A DNA stretch of 63,515 nucleotides, from positions 1-63,515 of the forward strand of contig JAKMXF010000039.1 in NCBI GenBank assembly GCA_024704765.1, read 5' to 3'. A program made the position numbers and the translations under genes. This DNA is from Oopsacas minuta (Eukaryota > Animalia > Porifera). The notes under the pieces were generated by a model that saw nothing but the letters and a program-made list of their open reading frames with translations, searched no databases and was not told the DNA's origin. Positions 1 to 13,091 of this stretch are shown here, piece by piece. Positions within the stretch are counted from its first letter, which is position 1. Every line of letters begins with the position of its first letter.

Positions 1-779
1 AAGAAATATTTTTCAATTGAAGATGGGGTTGGTGCCCTTATACTTGGGAGCCCTCAGGCTCGGGGCCCCCTATGTAGTGGCTACTTGCCTATTGGGTAAG
101 GGCTACTCTAACATAGAAACATTATGATATATGGTTATAGGGTATTGGAATAACTAATAACGAGCAAAATATAGAATTTTACTGGAAATATTTAAAACAT
201 ATAAAATACATGTTTTTCGGATTTTTGTCCGGTCCGGACAATGAATGACATGTAGTTTTTGGGCAGCTTTTGGCAAGCCTGGAAAGTGATTAAATAGTTG
301 ACTAAATATAGTTAACTACGTATATATTAATGACGTTTTGTCAAATTTTGTCAAACAAGAGATGCTACACTTCAATCGATGAGAGAAAATTCCAAATTCC
401 AACTTTGGGAGGGCCAAACTAGACACCCGGAAAAAAGTATAAAATGAATATCTAGACTAATCTATCAATGATTAAATTGTTGTTACAATATAGATTTATT
501 ATCAGCAGATGTTTTTCACTCTTATATTTAGTATTTACATCAAATATTCTTACATACAATAGGGCATAGGGATTTGTGGTTTAAATATATATATTTCTAT
601 TATTAGAAACACATAACAAGTGTGCGTTGTTAGGATTCCTAACTGCTTCCAATGCTGATAATGATATTTTCGTACTAATTGAACTATGGAGAATTCGAAA
701 AATGCATTGAAATATGTTTTTGAAATATGCCTATATCCCCATATTGCCACAGTGTGGAGTAGACTATGAATAATCCCCT

Positions 780-1150
780 GAACCTAACCCTAACAACGTT
801 ACAGTCACCTTTGATAGCTCCTGAAAAACAAGAGTTTTCTATTCAAATATAGGTTTCGGTGCTGTTATCTCAACAGACACCAAGATGGTACTGGACTACG
901 AGATCATGAATCACCTTGCAAGAAGTGCTCTAGTGTACAGAGCAGAAACAGCAAGATAGAGCGGCCGAATATGAGAAGTGGTTGGAGCGTCATAAAGCCA
1001 AACTGTAATAGAAATTATACCAGATTTTCACAAAGTATGAAGCCAGAAGCAGTCAGGAGAATTTCGGGGCGCTCCTTAGAGAGGAATCTTTTGGTATATT
1101 CAGTGTTTGTCGGTGACTAGCATTTCAAATGTTTTGAAAATGGAAGGCAG
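780..1150 (+). pseudogene. Degenerate Mutator-like (MULE) transposase fragment
   Basis: Fragments NVTVTFDSS*KTRVFYSNIGFGAVISTDTKMVLDYEIM..C..C and NY..FSQSMKPEAVRRISGRSLERNLLVYSVFVGD* match the Mutator-like pattern 'V..DG.W..RG..S..G.G.VI......VLDY....K.C..C ... NY.G.S..ME......F.RS......Y..F.GDGD'. Stops and frameshifts are present. Confidence 0.7.
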
Positions 1151-1346
1151 AAGGATCTATTAATAGGGAACAGTTTTGAGCTGACAATGTACCGAAAAAG
1201 AAGAAATGGCCTGGGTTCGTAGACGGGGCCGTCTAACAGCGAGAGGACGTTGTGGTGTCAAGAGAAGAATCAATGAGCGTAATATCTCTCCTACCTCCTC
1301 TCAGTCTATTGATTCATCAAGCAGTTTTGACGAGTCGGATGCACTA

Positions 1347-1524
1347 TGCAGCATATGTTACCAGAGAGAACTATAACCTTTAGTGAAAAGGGAAATCGCC
1401 AGTAATGTTAACTCGGATTGGCCGTGTTGTGACGTCTGCTCTGATTGGGTGCATTGCTATTGTGCTGACGTTGATATCGATACTAACTCTGTTGCCCCCT
1501 TTTTCCTGTGACAAATGTTCCTAA
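1347..1524 (+). pseudogene. PHD-finger (C4HC3) coding remnant downstream of the MULE fragment
   Basis: CSIC...DWPCCDVCSDWVHCYC...CDKCS*, with one stop and one frameshift. Confidence 0.65.
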
Positions 1525-2332
1525 GGTTTGTTGTTTAGTTATTTTTATCCCTTAAATGTGCGAACTTTATCGTGACCATTTTCGATAATTGTATTGAAAC
1601 ACCCTTATAGCCATTTGAGCGAATCTATGACAATAAATGCATAGAATGACTCGCCCCAGAGCTTCAAAACTGACGTATTTTCATTAAGAAATTTGTCAAG
1701 TGTGCAATCATATTATGCCATTTCATTATAAAAATTTTTGTAAATTCGAGGCACGTAGTGCCGACTGCCGAGTATATCTAGTTGCGTTACCAAAAGCACT
1801 AAGATTATTAGTTTTGCTTCTTACTTCGGCTAAATTCGATTACTACCTATCGCACAGAGTTTTGTTAGACTAAGAATTATAATTCATAACCATCATTTCT
1901 GATTTTTTGTATTTTTTCCTTCCTAGTGCTCTACTTGCTAAGTGTTTCATATACCAAAGTTATTATTATTTAATTTGTATTTAGCAAAACTATTAATTGT
2001 ACTCATATGACTCTTCATAGATCACCTACTTCATCAGTGTACAAATACTGTTGGCAAAAATGGAATGTACACACTTGGCAACAACAATGCTAAATAATCA
2101 GTCAACTATTAAATAAATAGCACAATTGCTTGTAGGTATTTGGAAGGATCGGGATCATTTCAGAAAAATTATCGATCCCACTATTTCAAATAGATTGAAG
2201 TTCGTCTTCAGATCGTCAATAAGGATCTAAATCCGTTTCTTACGATCTTTGATCGAAGGATCCTAATGTCTTAATAGCAATAATTGAGTTTCCAAGAAGC
2301 TGCAAAATTCACACAAATCAATTTATCGACCT

Positions 2333-2820
2333 GTTGTATGAGGATTCAACAGCCATGAGGGTTTAACTACCTTCTATTTATGGGTTCATAACTGTATACT
2401 TCCTATTACACATCCATAATTATGCATATTTATTTTATTGAATTATAATACTCTACGAGGGAAGCATATTGTGATAATAAAAAACTTGATTTTAAAATAT
2501 ATTGAACATAAGAAATCAGTTTGTTGTATTGCTTTAAAATCTCTTTGTGCTTATAGTTTTTGTTAATATCCCGTAGCATTTATTCAGGGAAAGATCAGAT
2601 TTAAAATAGGAAACAGTTTGTGTTTGTTTATAATAAAAGAATAGTTTGTATAATTATTGATGTTTAGATAATAAATATGCATAATTATGGATGTGTAATA
2701 GGAAGTATACAATTATGAAGCCATAAATAGAAGGTAGTTAAACCCTCATGGTTGTGAAGTATCCATGGTTGTTACAATAGAAGTAATTGAATCTTCATGG
2801 TAGTTGAATCCTCATACAAC
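2333..2820. mobile_element. MITE with long inverted arms
   Basis: GTTGTATGAGGATTCAAC at 2333 and its reverse complement ending at 2820. About 100 bp of further inverted similarity (2355-2430 vs 2670-2750). Confidence 0.7.
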
Positions 2821-4866
2821 ATACCTAAAGCTCTGGAGAAAGTCTGATTTATAAGGTCAGTTCCATTGAATTGTTTTGCAACATCATTAAAAGGATCAGA
2901 TTTAACATTAAAATCTGTGTCAATCTAGTAGCTTAGATAAAATGCTAAGTCCCTAAAATTTGCTTCCTGGCCCACTGTGTTGAAACGACAAATATCGTGA
3001 CTGTCCCCCACGCCTTGAACTGTAAAGTACATGGGATTTTGGCTCCTTAATGTAAATTTTATGCACAGATAACAAAGCTAACGCAGCGACTACCATGATC
3101 TTCGTAAGGACTTGCCTGATATCCTGTATTTGAATGATTATGATAGCTCATTGTTACTGTGAATTCGAAGAACTTGGGGGTAAGGATGTGAATTTCTTGT
3201 GAATCCGATGTACATTCTAGACATTCTTTGTAATGTCCACATTGATAACAAGTCGAGAGTTCACACATTTGCCAGTTATGGCTCCCATACACAATTACCT
3301 GTAAGTGTCTGAAGTCTTGAAACTCAGTAAAGTGAAATACTGTCATTCTGTGGGGGGATGTGGCTCAAAGAAAGATGTATACTTGCTACTATTTCTTGAT
3401 TTTGATGGTGTTTGCATAATGCATAATAATTTTCTAGCCTCATTTATAAATTATCATCCAAATTAGAAATACAATAGTACTGGGGTAGCATAGCCCATAC
3501 TTAACAAATTCGCTGTTGCGAGAAAATAAGGTATATAAATTAATCCCAAATCCAAATTCCTACACTATTATCTATGCTTAGCATTTTGACCTGCATCAAA
3601 ATGTATTTGGTAGTAGTATTTTGACCCACATTAATATAGCATTATAGTCGTATGATTTCGTCCCCCATAATTTCTATTCTAGACGTTGGACTTTGACCCG
3701 CACAATATGCAATAATTATATTTGTAGGCGTTTTATCGGATGAACTTGATTCTACTTTATCTTATGACCTTAAATATGTTTTTTCTATTCTGATAATCTT
3801 GTTTCTCGTTATGTAATTTCCAGTATAAAATAAGTAAGGTCATTCAACTTTAGACTATAGTCAGATTCATCATGGAATTTCGTTGGGGGTTTTGTGAGAT
3901 TCGTTGCCATATACCTTTTAGCCCATAATCCAAGGACTTGATAAAACGATGTGGCATCTCAGTAATCCAGAATTGTTGCCAAACCTTTTGATAATTTATC
4001 ATACATAGAGTAAAATTAATTGAGCTATAATAGTATAGTTTCAAAAATGAATCGTTCATGATGTATTCAAATGAATTATTCATTATTCTTAACGGTTTTT
4101 AATCAATTAATCAAATTAAAATTATAAACAGGTAGTATATGTGCTGCGTGGCACGAGTGTAAATTCTTTACGAAAAAATTGAAAAAATTATCAACACAAA
4201 AGAGGGTGTGGATTATGTAGTACATGTTTGTGAAGTAATTGCTATTTACTGACCCCTGTGACGTTCGGAAATTTTTTGTTTTCCAACGTTAATTTTTGAC
4301 CTCTTTTTATCCCAATTACTTTGGCTACAAATCTCAAAAATGTTAATTAGGCTCCATATCTGGCTTGTGAATATATATATTACTGCTGTTGCATATTTGC
4401 GACAATTTCTCAAATAATTGCGAACATCTAACAAACCCTTTTTGTGATATGACGGATTATATGTGAATATCGGACGTTTATTGAACATAACCCTCTCGAT
4501 TTTCAATTTTTCACAAATGACCGAAACGGTTACTCTATTTCACTTTATCGCTATTATTCATGTGCATTATTGTCGAAAAGTGTGCTATGTATGCTTATAA
4601 TAGTATCCATTACTAATATCTGAGACTCTATTATTCGAGTTATGACGTTGAATAATGAACACCTATCCACAATTGGTAGTATTAAATATAAATCATGAAA
4701 TATTTACAGCGTATATATATATTGATATAAATTCTTCTCAAATTAGATTCAAATTCTGTGAAACCACAAATATGGCCATCTTAACATGCCCAGTAAATCC
4801 TGATTATTATTGACAATTCAGTCATTTATTGTATACAATGCTTCTTAATTTTTCTAGATACATATA

Positions 4867-6198
4867 CAACGGGCATTCAAAATGTTCCCGACCCTGCCCC
4901 ATATTGTTATAACTATACAGAATATACATGTACAATAGTTATATTTTCTCGAAATAATCACGATTAACTTCTATGACTCATTGTAGACGATCTAGCATTT
5001 AAAAAATACATTTTTATAGACTTCGGGCGGTATGTCTTTTAAGGATCTCCAAATTGCGTTCCTTGGGTCGATTCTGGTATCAAACTGCCTGCCTGCAAGA
5101 TCCTTTTCAACTTTGCAAAGAGCCAGAAATCACAAGTAGCGAGGTCAGGTGAGTAGGGTTGGGTGATCTAGCTCAGCAACTCTCATTCTATCCAACTCTG
5201 ACTTTACGAGCTTAGTTTTATGTGGCAGTGCATTCTCGTGCAATAATCGTATGCCTCCGCGGTCCAGACTTTGGCCTTCGCTCCTAGTAATGTTTTCCCA
5301 CTTCTGAGAGGCAACTGTTTGCATAAACGTCCCGGTAATTGTTTTCCCTTTTCGTATTATAATCTGGACAACTGAGTCATGTGCATCAAAGAAAATTGAG
5401 TATAGGACCTTCTGATCTCTGAAGTCCGGCCTAGGATTGAGAGGAGGCGCCTCACCTTTTACGGCCCATACCATATTTCTTCTTTGGATAATGGCTCGTC
5501 GAATCTTATTGAAGTCTCTTCACCAGTAATGATTTCTGCTATCCTGCTTGGATCCGAGTCTTTATACTCGGAGAGCATTATTCTTGCATAAGTTACCCGA
5601 AAGTCCTTTTGGTCCTTTGTAAGGGAATATGGGATCCACCTCGAGCAAATTTTGGTAACTCTCAGCTCAGCGATAGGTATGGAATGGACAGCTCCCGTTG
5701 AGATCCCTACACTCATCGCTAACTCCTCAACAGTGATATGAGGATCTTTTTCCACTCTCCAGCGATTTCAGAGGTGTTTTTGCTAGTGACGGCGGATCTG
5801 GGACGCCGATTCGTTCCTCATCTTCTAGTGACTCTCGTCCTTCACGAAACCGCTTGGCCCACTCCTTCACATTAGTACATGAAGGCTGGCATCTCCATAA
5901 ACGGCATCAAGTCAATGAAAATATCCTTCGTGGCAATACCAAGAAGCGTGCGAATTTTGATATAAGATTTTTGCTCAAATTTCAAATTTGAGGCCATAAA
6001 TACTGAAAAATACAAGGATAATCAAAACTGAGAGATTTGAAATAATCGTAAATAGAAAACTATTGACCATATGGTGAAAGTTAGAGTATTTCTGAATAGT
6101 TAATAGAATAAGGTTCATTATGAATACAGAGACGTAATATAATATCTTATATCTTAAAATTCTATGACCAAGGTCGGGAACCTTTTGAACGCCCATTG
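4867..6198 (-). mobile_element. Degenerate mariner element nested in the Chapaev element
   Basis: TIRs CAACGGGCATTCAAAATGTTCCCGACC and GGTCGGGAACCTTTTGAACGCCCATTG, TA at the left end, ~1.33 kb. Minus-strand fragments SRWIPYSLT, IITGEETSI, LLHENALPH, LDHP...CDFWLF. Confidence 0.88.
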
Positions 6199-6288
6199 TT
6201 TATGCACTATATATAGTATTGTAAATTTTTGATTGTTAATTTTTACTTCGAAATTCAATCCTCAATATTCCATTTGTGTTATTTCTAA

Positions 6289-8438
6289 ATGGCCATACCA
6301 ACTGAAGTATCATCTCTCTATGATAATTATCATCTTGTAATCTTTATCGAGTTTGTAGGTTTTACTATAATCGGCTTGCTCCCAAAGCTCTGGCAAGGGG
6401 ATCTCTTGGGTAACCACCTTCGCAACTGGAATCAAATAGAGCCCAGAAATATTATCAATTTAACTTTTCATCTGAGGTAGGTGATTTACTAAAACCAAAA
6501 GTGATATGTAGCATTTGTCGGCTAGATTATCTAACCTAGAAACAGGAAAATTAACTCTCAATGAATGGGAACAAGATCGCACTAATGTCGAGTTTCCACA
6601 AACTAATGAAGAAAGCCTATATAACACCAGAAGTACTATGGGATGTAACTTGAAATATCGCTGTCACATTTGTCAGATCTTTGCATCTTCTCTCAACAAT
6701 TACATAATCAAGTACAAAAATCAGGCTCCTAGACCTGGTAGGCCATTAGACCAGTCACCATGTAGACCATTGTGAAGCAAATGTGGGAAATATATGGAGA
6801 ATCTCTCTGAGAAATTTTGTCAGAGCATTATGTTATACCCACAAAAATCTTCAAAAGCCTGTGCGCTATTTGCAGAAAGAGTAGCAGCTCGAGGTTTCAC
6901 TAGTGCAGTTCCAGCAAAATATACTAAAAACACACTAATACAAGGAGACTATCTTCATATTCCAGTTAGTTTGCATCATCCTTACGATTCCGACAGTCAA
7001 ATTGTTGTATCTACAGTTAGCTATGCAGGAAGAAATTGTGTGAATACACGATTGAGGGTTGAAGCTGCTCGAGATATTCAAAGATTAGGTCACCTAGGTC
7101 TTGGAAAACATTCTTACTGGGAATTAGGTAGAATATTACATCGAGAAGGAGTTACGTTCCCTATTGGTGGAATCAAAGGGGCTTTGAGATGAAAAATGGT
7201 GTCCTTTGTGATATTTTTACTCCAGTTACACTTAAGATATATCTTCACAATATGGCCATTCCACCACAGCCGACACCATTTTGTTTTTGTATTGATGACA
7301 ATTCTTTTAAATATTGTCACAAACAACCAATACAATAGAATTTCTCGTTTACAATTACATATCGATGGGGGGAAAGATTTCTTGAAAATGTCTGTGAATA
7401 TTATCTCGATGAAGCCTAGAAGTTTATATATTCCAACTCCTAATAGTGTCATAACTAACTTTGTCATTGCCATGGGAAAGGGTCCTGAGAATAATCACAA
7501 TCTGAAACAACTGTTTACTATCCATCAATACATTAATTATTCACTTTTGATTTCCCGTCTGAATTACTTGTGTTTTAAAGTGGCAGCTCTGCTTGTTGGA
7601 ATCCAACAAGTTTCCAGCAATTTCCATTGTCCCTTTTGTTTGTGGCGTAATGATGCTTTATGTACCAGTATACCTGATGAATCGAGGAAGTGTGAAGAAT
7701 TGTTATTAGATCTTTCCAAATAACATCAGAACGTCGACAATGAACCTTCAATATTTGGACTGAGTCAGTTTTGGAAAAAATTGCTCTCGCTCCATTACAT
7801 ATTCTATTGGGATTGATTAACAAATTATACATTATTGCCAGGACTAGTGATTGTTCATCGAGGAGAGGAGAACGCAAACTTTTCAAACTTCATTGTGCAG
7901 CACTGCACAATTATAATATCTTCAGATCAGAATATTGGAATGGTACTCTCTCGGGCAATTTATGTTCAAGGCTCTTAGACAATTTGGAATGTATCCCATT
8001 CCCGAAAAATTTTCCAAAATTCGTGTGCATTAATTGCATTGAAGCATGGAAAAGAGATGTATCTATGCAATGTAAGGAAATTTCGATGGCAAGACAGCAT
8101 TAGAAATTTTCGTGAGGCATGACATAATACAGGTTTGTCATGGTTTTTGAAATCTCATATTCTCAGGTCATTATGAAGAGTATTTCTATCGTTATCAAAG
8201 TATCCTTGATGCAGGAGCAGCCATTAGTTCTGAGCAAAGTGGTGAAATGCTTCATTCACGATTACAAAGAGTACGGGATCCTCGCTTCAAGGCAAGAGCA
8301 GAAAATCCTATTTTCTCACAACGTCTTGTTGATTGGATGGCCACATACAATTATAACATGGACTGGGATAGAGCTTTGAGATCAAACACAGAAAATCTCA
8401 AAAAGATATTCAGGAAATGGAGATTGATGACGAATTGA
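6289..8438 (+). pseudogene. Fragmented Chapaev/Transib/RAG1-like transposase
   Basis: Motifs spread across frames: CHIC..RPGRP (N-terminal Zn/AT-hook-like), HIDGGKDFLKMSV, KVAALLVGIQQVSSNFHCPFCLW, LAPLHILLGLINKL, LSGNLCSRLL, SEQSGEMLHSRL. Confidence 0.75.
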
Positions 8439-9596
8439 TTGAAGAGGATGAAGAGAGAGTAGAGTTTCATAATTGGCTCACCGATTCTGAGAACTCAAAT
8501 CTAAATAATTCAGATTGTTAGTAATTATTACATCCACTCTCACAACTCCAAAGATTGGTTTTGCTCAACTATGTACGTATCTAATAATATAAGACATTAT
8601 AACATATATTATACGCTGTAAATATTTTATGATTTGTGTTTTATGCAACCAATTATGGATAGGTGTTCATTATTCAACATCATAACTCGAATAATAGAGT
8701 CTCAGATGTTAGTAATGGATACTATTATAAGCATACATAGCACACTTTTCGACAATAATGCACATGAATAATAGCGATAAATTGAAATAGAGTTCAGCAA
8801 ACGTCCGATATTTACATATAATCCGCCATATCACAGAAATGGTTTGTTAGATGTCGTAATGATTTGAGCGATTATCGCAAATTTAGAATAACGGTAATAT
8901 ATATGTTGACAGGCCAGATATGGAGCCTAAATATCATTTTTGAGATTTGTAGCCAAAAAAATGGGGCTAAATACAAGTGCCTATTAAAAAACAAATTTCC
9001 AGACGTCACGAGGTCAGTAAATAGCAATTACTTACTTAACAAACATTACATTACATAATCCATACGCTCTTTTGCGTTGACAATTTTTTCAACTTTTTCG
9101 TAAGGAATTTACATCCGTGGTGGAGAAATCATTAATTGATATAGAATATCTTGACTTGTATATTTATTGAACTTTTGGGGATTTACTTTACTTTTCTTTT
9201 GTTTGCCTTTGAGAACGTTGAGATATTTGATCGATAACTGCGAGACGGGTGAACGTGATATTTGAAGTTTAATGCTTTAGTGTTCTTACGCGCAAAGAGA
9301 AAATGGGTGTAACATCTGAAATTTCATAAGGTCTCAAATAGTTATGTTTCTCATTTATCCAGTTAACCCCTTTGCTTACCTAATTTCTCAACTATTATCT
9401 GGCCAATTTGGACTTGCGGAAATTGTTTCGGTGAATTCTAGTGAGGTATTCAGTTTTAAGAAACGATATTACATCTACTTTACAAGCCAAGGTGGAAAAC
9501 AAGCAAAGAATATTCCAAGAACGCTGAATATCACATGCATTGTAACGTCTAACTAATTTTGAGCAGCGTTTAATCTCTCCTACACACATATATAGG

Positions 9597-9780
9597 TACA
9601 ACTATAGAATCCAACATCCCCAACATTTTTAATGCGGCAAAAATCCCTATATGCACCGTTGACGAACTCGTTGAGAGAAGCTGATAGAGCTTTAGAACTC
9701 CAAAATTGAATGAGAACTGACGAAGTTACGAAAAGCCTCCTAAATAAGCCAAATCCTATGGAGAAAATTGTATTAGCACT
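9597..9780 (+). repeat. Older diverged copy of the Merlin-element terminal repeat
   Basis: GGTACAAC...AAAATCCCTATATGCACCGTT...AAGCCAAATCCTATGGAGAAAATTGTATTA aligns with 24235-24420, with many substitutions. Confidence 0.75.
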
Positions 9781-9781
9781 A

Positions 9782-10173
9782 CAGGGTGTGTAATGATTGA
9801 TGCGCTATATTTATATTTATGTATAACCTTAATATTTACACTAGTAAAATGATTCTAGTTTAATGTATCTTAATCTCTTACCTTTTAGCAATCAATACAC
9901 ATAATCTTTAATACTATTTCATCTAACTCGTGCCTATATTTATACGAAAATTAAACTTTGCTTTTTCTTGAAATTAGTCTATTAAATATGGTCAAAGAGC
10001 ATCCTCTATCTTCTCGAAATCGAGCTATTGGGATGTTAGAAGAAGGATTTACGCAAAGAAAATGCGCTAAGTTAATAGGGGCAGATATTAGCACAATCAG
10101 ACGTTGGTGGAGTCGGTACAAGAAAGGGGAATCCCTTCAGAATAAAGAGGGCCGTGGACCAAAATCATCCATC
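9782..10173 (+). mobile_element. Tc1-like element 5' part, truncated at N
   Basis: TA|CAGGGTGTG start. ORF from 9988, MVKEHPLSSRNRAIGMLEEGFTQRKCAKLIGADISTIRRWWSRYKKGESLQNKEGRGPK, is a Tc1 paired-type HTH. Confidence 0.75.
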
Positions 10174-10624
10174 NTTATAGTATTGGACTACTATAGACTA
10201 ATAATAATAATCTGAAAAATGGTCGGTTAGTAAACAATACTGTTCGATTTATAACGACTTCAATCGAAGTACTGAGGAGGAAAAAACTTTTGAGACACCC
10301 TGTACAGTAGTAATGATACCAAACAAGTTTAGTAAAAATACTAATGATTCATGAAAAAGAAACTTCTAACTAATATTGACTGAATCTTTATGATTTTACA
10401 AACTGATATAATTGAATCATCCATAAGGATATAAACCGGGTCAAGTCAAAATCACTGACCCGGTTCAGATCCGAAATTTATTGAAAATACTGACCCGGTC
10501 CAAGCCTGGTTCCATAGTTACAACACAGAGAAGATTTAGAAGATTCTATAACTCTAGAACTGCTCCTAAACCAGATACCATCAAAAATATTGTCAAGAGG
10601 TTTGAGAAGAATGGTACTGTAGTT

Positions 10625-13091
10625 CAATGTTCCGCAACCTCTTTCAACCACGGCCCCCTTTTTGTTCCATTTCTAACCTTGCGGACCCCTAACAATTGAT
10701 TTGTATTTATTTCCAAATATTATGGTTAAAATCTATTAATTTTCTTAGACCACAATCAAGTGATATAAATGATGTTTGCTATTACAATGAAAATGTCTCA
10801 TATTGTAATATGTTTCTAGTAATTAATGGCTTGGATGCAATGTGTTAATTTTTCAAAATTGGGCGATATTTTAGTAAGTGCAATCCGGAAATCATTGTGG
10901 ATATCAAATCTATTTCTTGATTTTGTTTTAATCATTGTCACAGCACTGAACGCATTTTCCGCAAAGTAGGTAGTCGCAAATAGCAAAATTGTGTCTTTGA
11001 TTGCTACTGTGGCTAGAGCCGGTGCAAGTTTCCTACCTTGACTAATCCAGAAATCTACATATCCAAATTTCCCGAGATGACGTTGTGCAATCATGTTTAC
11101 TTGGATGTCAATTAGTTCTTCCTGTGCTTTGTTGCCAATTTCGGCGGTAAAAGGATTGACAACAAAGTTCAGCTTGGTAACGTTTTGAATGTCATCAAAT
11201 CTTCGATTGATCTCTACTCCCAGATTGTCCATATGCTGGATAAATATTAGAGACAACTCGAGTGGAAATTTGCATTTAGCCAATTCTGATAATTGTGGAA
11301 ACATGTCATATTCCCCACGTTCAGCTTTGTTTTCCAAAGTTTTAATCGTCCACAGAAACTATTCATGACTTACATGCAATCGATGAGTGTGATGTTTTTA
11401 CCTTGGAGTTTGAGGTTGATATGGTTATAGTGATCAAAAATGTCTAAGAGATAGCCCAAACAGATGACAAATTGAATTTTCTCAAAAAACGCAGAATATT
11501 CACTATCAATATTTTTCAGAAATTCTAAGATTCTGTCTCTTAATTAAAATACTCTACCAAGTACCCGACCTCTCGATAACAATCTCACTTCTGTGTGAAG
11601 GAGTAGGTACTGATGATCTTCATCTGCACATAGCTCTGCGAATAAGCGTGAGTTGAGTGACCTTGATTCTAGGAGGTTAACGACTTTGATGCAAACATTT
11701 AACACATCACTTAGTTTTTCTGAGAGTTCTAGGCTGCCAATGCTTGCCTGTGAATGAAACAGTGAATAATTCTGCATTGGGGTGCCATTGCTTTTAGTCT
11801 CGTATTGGAGCCTTTATACTTGCCTATCATGGAAGCAGCTCCATCCGTGCAACACCCTATAAGATTTTCATATTTCAGAAGATGCAACTAAAAAATAGTA
11901 TCTACAGCTTTAAATATGTCTTCGCCTTTGGTTGTGGTTAGATTTACTGAGAATAAAAGATCATTTCGAAGTGTGTCTTTAGTAATACATCGGGGCGTAT
12001 ACAAGAAGAAGTACTTCAAAAGAGATTGTGGTGCTCTCATCTAATTGAATTGAAAAGTTATCAGACGCTCGAATTTCATTTAATTACTGTTCTTAACAAT
12101 CCATAGCTATGTCGTCGATTCTTCTCTTTACAATATCCGCTGATAATGGTATCAATTGCATCTTTTTGGCTGCTTCATCGCCTCGGAGTATGGATACCAT
12201 TTCGATAGAGCAAGGCTTTATCAGCTCTTCCCCAAAATTATGGGATTATTAGCCTTGGCAATATTGAAACTGACATGATAGGAAATCTTGGTCGCTAGTT
12301 CGAGATCTTTATTTGTCTTACTTAAAGAATCCTTAATCATAGAGGAGCCTGTTAGATAGATAGAGTAACCTTTTCCGCTCAAAAGGTTGAATCTCCAGGT
12401 TCAATGTACTTGAGTGTTTTGTCTCTTGGTGACGTTTTAGTTTGGATGGTTTCATCGCATCATTAGAAAGTATTTCTCCGTAGATTACACATTCTGGTTT
12501 TGAAACATTAACTTTTGATTCAATAAAACCAAATTTGAGATATGTTGGACTCAGACTTGGGGTTGATTACTGGTGAGTGATTATGATTATGATTATGATT
12601 ACAGGAAAAGTTGTAATTGATTACAATTGATTACGATTGTAATCATGATCAGCCCCAGGCCTGGTTGGACTGTATATACGGGATTTGATATGAAATGAAA
12701 CTGTTTATCCACTTGAGGCCATCTCAATTTTATTACAATATATTAATGGAAGCTGTATTCGTCAGATTTGTTAAATATTAGAAAAGACAATGAACCGTAA
12801 ATAAAACGAAGCGTAGCTAGTTTGTATGTCAAAATTAAACAGGATGATTTTCAAATACTACTCTTATATACTCATTGCAATAATCTATAAACCGCCCAAA
12901 TCATATTTTAAGAACGCAGCCAATTGAGGTTTCTGATATTAATATTCGCGAAACAAAAAGACATTGAGTAAATTTCCAAGGATATTTGGATGCTTATTTA
13001 ACCAAAGTAAATGCTCTCACGGACCCCTGCGGACCCTTAAGCCAATGCGGACCCCTAAAATCATCATACGGACCCCCGTTTCGGAACACTG
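10625..13091 (-). mobile_element. hAT (Charlie/ZBED5-like) element, degenerate
   Basis: TIRs CAATGTTCCGCAA and TCGGAACACTG. 8-bp TSD ctgtagtt/ctatagtt (7 of 8). Minus-strand fragments SRSLNSRLFAELC, LLLHTEVRLLSRGRVL and FATTYFAENAFSAVTMIKTKSRNR. Confidence 0.87.
12551..12663. mobile_element. Small MITE with GATTAT/GATTAC tandem motifs inside the hAT
   Basis: CAGACTTGGGG...CCCCAGGCCTG termini with internal (gattat)n. Confidence 0.5.

Larger units (their letters stand above)
4152..9119 (+). mobile_element. Chapaev-type DNA transposon with ~0.5 kb TIRs and 4-bp TSD (GTGG)
   Basis: Imperfect inverted repeats 4152-4676 and 8649-9119, termini CACG...CGTG, and GTGG directly repeated at 4148-4151 and 9120-9123. 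Carries an internal transposase remnant. Confidence 0.8.

Noticed and set aside
748-2980. CACAGTG heptamers (748 on +, 2974-2980 on -) as Transib/RSS-like ends
   Set aside because: No similarity beyond the 7-mer and no TSD; a few such heptamers are expected by chance in 63 kb.
3059-3346. Cys/His-rich 95-aa ORF
   Set aside because: No recognisable domain spacing, splice structure or element boundaries; it cannot be supported as a gene.
4152-9119. ProtoRAG-like two-gene (RAG1L plus RAG2L) transposon
   Set aside because: After removing the nested mariner and the TIRs there is room only for the single transposase. The ends are CACG, not an RSS heptamer-spacer-nonamer.
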